This document shows positions 28,668 to 32,000 of a stretch of 32,000 bases of DNA, piece after piece; position 1 is the stretch's first letter; every line of letters begins with the position of its first letter. This DNA is from Candidatus Electronema halotolerans (GTDB taxonomy: Bacteria; Desulfobacterota; Desulfobulbia; Desulfobulbales; Desulfobulbaceae): assembly GCA_942493095.1 (NCBI GenBank), contig OW818675.1, positions 1,740,001 through 1,772,000 of the forward strand. The letters run 5' to 3'. The notes beneath the pieces are model-generated. The model saw only the letters and a program-made list of their open reading frames with translations. It did not search any database and was not told the origin of the DNA. The position numbers were made by a program, and so were the translations under genes.

Positions 28668-29480
28668 ATGACCCTGCTGCAATCCTTTGTCCTCGGTCTT
28701 GTCCAAGGACTGACTGAATTCATTCCTGTTTCCAGCTCCGGTCACTTAGTGCTGGTCCCGCACCTGCTCGGCTGGCATTTTCCAAAAGATCAGAGTTTTG
28801 TTTTTGATGTGCTGGTTCAGCTCGGCACTTTGGCAGCAGTGGTCGTCTATTATTGGCAGGACTTGACTGCCATAGCCCGCGCTTTCCTCCTTGGCTTGGT
28901 GCGGCGGCAGCCTTTTGCCGAGGCAGATGCCCGCATGGGCTGGTTCCTGATTCTCGCCACTCTGCCAGCGGTCGTCGTTGGACTGTTAGCCAAAGACTTG
29001 GTGGAACAGGCCTTTGCCAGTCCGAAAATGACCGGAGTCTTTCTGCTCTGCACCGCTATCCTGCTGCTGATTGCGGAAAAAGCAGGCAATCGTTGCCGCT
29101 CCATGCAGGAGCTTGATTGGAAGGACAGCCTCTGGATTGGCTTTTCCCAAGTCTTAGCCCTGCTGCCAGGCGTGTCCCGCTCCGGCGCGACCTTGGCAGG
29201 CGGCATGACCCGGCATTTGGACCGGCCTGCCGCAGCCCGCTTCTCCTTTCTGATGTCCGTGCCGGTCATGGTCGGTGCAAGTGTGCTGGCCGCAAAAGAC
29301 CTGCTCGATCTGCCTGCGCTGCATGATTTCCTCCTGCCTCTGCTGCTCGGCTTTCTCACGGCAATGGTCTCCGGCTATCTTGCCATCCGCTGGCTGATCA
29401 CCTATCTGAGCAGACATTCCTTGCACATTTTTGCCGGATACTGTGCCGCAGTCGGCCTGCTGCTTGTGCTGCTGCTGTGA
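28668..29480 (+). CDS. uppP: Undecaprenyl-diphosphate phosphatase (UppP/BacA)
   Basis: 'LVQGLTEFIPVSSSGHLVL', 'QVLALLPGVSRSGATLAGG', multi-TM. Confidence 0.95.
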   Translation: MTLLQSFVLGLVQGLTEFIPVSSSGHLVLVPHLLGWHFPKDQSFVFDVLVQLGTLAAVVVYYWQDLTAIARAFLLGLVRRQPFAEADARMGWFLILATLPAVVVGLLAKDLVEQAFASPKMTGVFLLCTAILLLIAEKAGNRCRSMQELDWKDSLWIGFSQVLALLPGVSRSGATLAGGMTRHLDRPAAARFSFLMSVPVMVGASVLAAKDLLDLPALHDFLLPLLLGFLTAMVSGYLAIRWLITYLSRHSLHIFAGYCAAVGLLLVLLL

Positions 29481-29487
29481 GAAACGC

Positions 29488-31344
29488 ATGTGCGGCATAA
29501 GCGGCTTCGCGGCCTGCTTCCCTTCAGTCAGCCGGGAGCAGCTCCGGCGGATGAACAGCAGTCTCAGCCATCGCGGCCCGGATGATGCTGGAATTCATAT
29601 TTTCAACGAATCCGGCAGACCGGAAAAGCCGTGCGTTGGTCTGGCCCATCGCCGCCTGAGCATCATTGATCTGTCCGCTGCTGGTCAGCAGCCAATGGGC
29701 AATGAGGACGGCAGCCTCTGGATCAGCTACAATGGCGAATGCTACAACTATCAGCCCCTGCTGCACGAACTGAGTAAAGAAGGTCATGCGTTCACTTCAG
29801 CAACAGACACCGAAGTCCTGCTGCACGGCTATGAGCAATGGGGCTTGCGCGGGCTGCTGGAGCGTCTCAACGGCATGTTTGCTTTCGCCCTCTGGGATCA
29901 GTGCAGTGGAGAGCTGATTTTGGTCAGAGACCGGCTGGGCAAGAAGCCGCTCTATTATCTCCAGCAGGAGGACGGCACGTTGTTCTTTGCCTCGGAGATC
30001 AAAGCCTTTGCCGCTGCTGGCGTTCTTGATGCCCAAGATATAGACGCAGCAGCCCTGATTCAGTTCTGGTCGTATGGCTACAGTACCGGTGCCCGGACCA
30101 TGTACAAGAAGGTGCGCCGGGTTCTGCCGGGCCATTACTTGGTCTGGAAGGATGGCGGCATTTCTCAGCATGAATACTGGGATGTCCGCTTTGGCCTTGA
30201 TCCGGCTCCGCAGCGGACAATGGACGATCTGGCCGACGAGCTGGAGAGTCTGCTGACCGATGCGGTGCGCCTGCGCCTGATTGCTGATGTTCCAGTTGGA
30301 GTCTTTCTGTCCGGCGGCATTGATTCCAGCCTGATTGCCGCCTTGGCCGCCAAGGTGACGCAGGGCGGCATCCGCTCCTTTTCCATCGGCTTTGCAGAGA
30401 AGCAGTTTGATGAAACCCAGTATGCGCAAGCAGTTGCCGAGCATCTGGGCATTGACAACACCCTGCTCCGGGTCGAAGACAATCTTCAGTCTTTCTTCCG
30501 GCCCATTGCCCTCCATTTTGATGAGCTGTTCGGTGATTCCTCAGCCATTCCAACGTGGTTTGTCAGTAAGTTGGCCAAAGAGCATGTCACGGTTGCATTG
30601 ACAGGAGATGCCGGAGATGAGCTGTTTGCCGGTTATGACAGCTATGCCAAAGCATTGAGCATCTGGGGAACAAAAGAGCAGCGCAGACTCTTCAAAGGCC
30701 GGGTCAGCAAGTTCCAGCAGCTTGTTGATTTTCTCCAGCTCCGCTTTGTCCCGAAAGAGCAGCGGCTTTTGGCTCTGGAACGAATCATGCCTGCAATCTT
30801 CCTCAAAAAGGTCTTGCAAGAAGGTGTTCTCAACCCAGTCACTATCCAAGATGCTCTCCACGACAGGAAACAGTGGCAGGTGCGGGCTGCTGGAGCCGAC
30901 CTGCTCAGTCAGCTCCAATATCTCAATCTAAAGAGCTATCTGCCAGATGATATTCTTGTTAAGGTTGACCGGATGAGCATGGCCCATGCCTTGGAGTGCC
31001 GCAGCCCCTTGCTTGACTACCGGGTTGTGGAGTTTGCCGCCCGACTCTCCTTTGCTCAGAAAATCAGCCCGGAAGGCAAAGGGAAATATCTGCTGCGTCA
31101 TCTCCTACAACGCTATCTGCCAGAGCAACTCATTGATCGGCCCAAGATGGGCTTTTCCGTTCCTTGGTCTGAGTGGTGCAAAGGGCCGCTGGGACAAGAG
31201 ATCAAGGAGCAATGGCGCAGCATGAACACGCCTTGGTTCCGCAGCGAGGCCGCAGACCTGCTCTTTCCTGAACGCAAGCTGGGCTGGCCTGCGCGGCAGT
31301 GGAATGCCTTCTGCATTGTTAACTTTTTTGGCAATCAGTATTGA
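29488..31344 (+). CDS. asnB: Asparagine synthase (glutamine-hydrolysing)-type amidotransferase
   Basis: 'MCGISGFAA' catalytic Cys, 'LSHRGPDDAG', 'LAHRRLSIIDLSAAGQQPM', 'VPVGVFLSGGIDSSLIAAL', 'ALTGDAGDELFAGYDSY'. ATG at 29488. Confidence 0.9.
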   Translation: MCGISGFAACFPSVSREQLRRMNSSLSHRGPDDAGIHIFNESGRPEKPCVGLAHRRLSIIDLSAAGQQPMGNEDGSLWISYNGECYNYQPLLHELSKEGHAFTSATDTEVLLHGYEQWGLRGLLERLNGMFAFALWDQCSGELILVRDRLGKKPLYYLQQEDGTLFFASEIKAFAAAGVLDAQDIDAAALIQFWSYGYSTGARTMYKKVRRVLPGHYLVWKDGGISQHEYWDVRFGLDPAPQRTMDDLADELESLLTDAVRLRLIADVPVGVFLSGGIDSSLIAALAAKVTQGGIRSFSIGFAEKQFDETQYAQAVAEHLGIDNTLLRVEDNLQSFFRPIALHFDELFGDSSAIPTWFVSKLAKEHVTVALTGDAGDELFAGYDSYAKALSIWGTKEQRRLFKGRVSKFQQLVDFLQLRFVPKEQRLLALERIMPAIFLKKVLQEGVLNPVTIQDALHDRKQWQVRAAGADLLSQLQYLNLKSYLPDDILVKVDRMSMAHALECRSPLLDYRVVEFAARLSFAQKISPEGKGKYLLRHLLQRYLPEQLIDRPKMGFSVPWSEWCKGPLGQEIKEQWRSMNTPWFRSEAADLLFPERKLGWPARQWNAFCIVNFFGNQY

Positions 31345-31375
31345 TCAATATAAATAATTACAAGGTGATTATCGA

Positions 31376-32000
31376 ATGAAGCATGAAATATCAAATGATT
31401 TATGGAATATACTTATATGTAGTTACTGTGGATGTGAAATAGAATCACATGAAAATGGAGCTAAATGCTTTAAATGTAGTACTTATTATCCATGTACCGA
31501 CTATGGATCACTCGATCTTCGTTTAAAAAAGTGTAAAAAATATAGCCTCGAGTTTAACATAGGTAACGATCTGTTTCCAGATAAAAAAAATGATTTTAAA
31601 CCATTGCCTATAAATAAAGATAGTTGGATTGATTTTTCTAAAATCAATTATACAGGAAATCTTCAGAAGGAAATTATAAGTTTTTTTCCGAGACCAAAGA
31701 ATGATAAGAGCAAAATGCTTGACCTTGGTTGTGGTAAAGCTGTTCATAGAGAGATTTGTGAGCATGCAGGTTTTATTTGGACAGGTTTAGATTATTATTC
31801 AGATAACGCCTTAATATTAGCGGATGCTCATTCTCTACCTTTTAAGGATAATTCATTTGAATTTATCTTTTCATATGCAGTGCTTGAGCATATTAGATTT
31901 CCTTTTATAGTTATGCGTGAAGTTCATAGGGTCTTACAGCCTGGTGGAAAATTCATAGGTACAGTTGCATTTCTTGAGCCATTTCATGGCAATAGCTTTT
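31376..32000 (+). CDS. SAM-dependent class I methyltransferase with N-terminal zinc-ribbon-like segment (3' truncated by window edge)
   Basis: Manual translation: MKHEISNDLWNILICSYCGCEIESHENGAKCFKCSTYYPC...MLDLGCGKAVHREICEHAGFIWTGLDYY...ADAHSLPFKDNSFEFIFSYAVLEHIRFPFIVMREVHRVLQPGGKFIGTVAF... open to the window end. Confidence 0.85.
   Translation, partial: MKHEISNDLWNILICSYCGCEIESHENGAKCFKCSTYYPCTDYGSLDLRLKKCKKYSLEFNIGNDLFPDKKNDFKPLPINKDSWIDFSKINYTGNLQKEIISFFPRPKNDKSKMLDLGCGKAVHREICEHAGFIWTGLDYYSDNALILADAHSLPFKDNSFEFIFSYAVLEHIRFPFIVMREVHRVLQPGGKFIGTVAFLEPFHGNSF

Noticed and set aside
27504-28745. 413-aa minus-strand ORF opposite the epimerase
   Set aside because: Antisense to a clear NAD-dependent epimerase; typical high-GC artefact.
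1-32000. tRNA, rRNA or CRISPR array
   Set aside because: No cloverleaf-like segment, rRNA-like stretch or regularly spaced repeat was noticed by eye; a tRNAscan-SE/CRISPR scan would be needed to exclude them formally.

Overview
The window looks like a high-GC, mostly ordinary chromosomal stretch (probably a Desulfobulbaceae-like deltaproteobacterium, inferred only from gene content) with several lower-GC accessory insertions. From left to right it contains: the 3' end of a nifE-like gene; a comEC homologue (-); a tightly overlapping signalling operon (REC, MASE3 histidine kinase, hybrid PAS kinase, CheB-CheR-PAS fusion, PAS kinase, REC) that runs into tilS; a HEAT/cNMP-binding/PilZ protein (-); maf (-); an M23 lipoprotein peptidase with a strongly basic tail; tmk (-); pdxA (-); and dtd. 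Next is an AT-rich defence island with a two-gene Pycsar-like anti-phage system (membrane effector plus class III nucleotide cyclase, 20579-21969) and a type II toxin-antitoxin pair (22201-22750). After a nitroreductase, hemC and class II fba, an IS1-family element sits inside a brnT toxin gene. Its terminal inverted repeats, a 7-bp target duplication and the in-frame reconstruction of a 105-aa toxin are all readable, and the cognate antitoxin is left intact. The window ends in a surface-polysaccharide-like cluster (NAD-dependent epimerase, uppP, asnB-type amidotransferase, partial AT-rich SAM methyltransferase). The most interesting items are the Pycsar-like locus and the IS1-disrupted brnTA module. 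I recognised known-type systems rather than a clearly unprecedented one.
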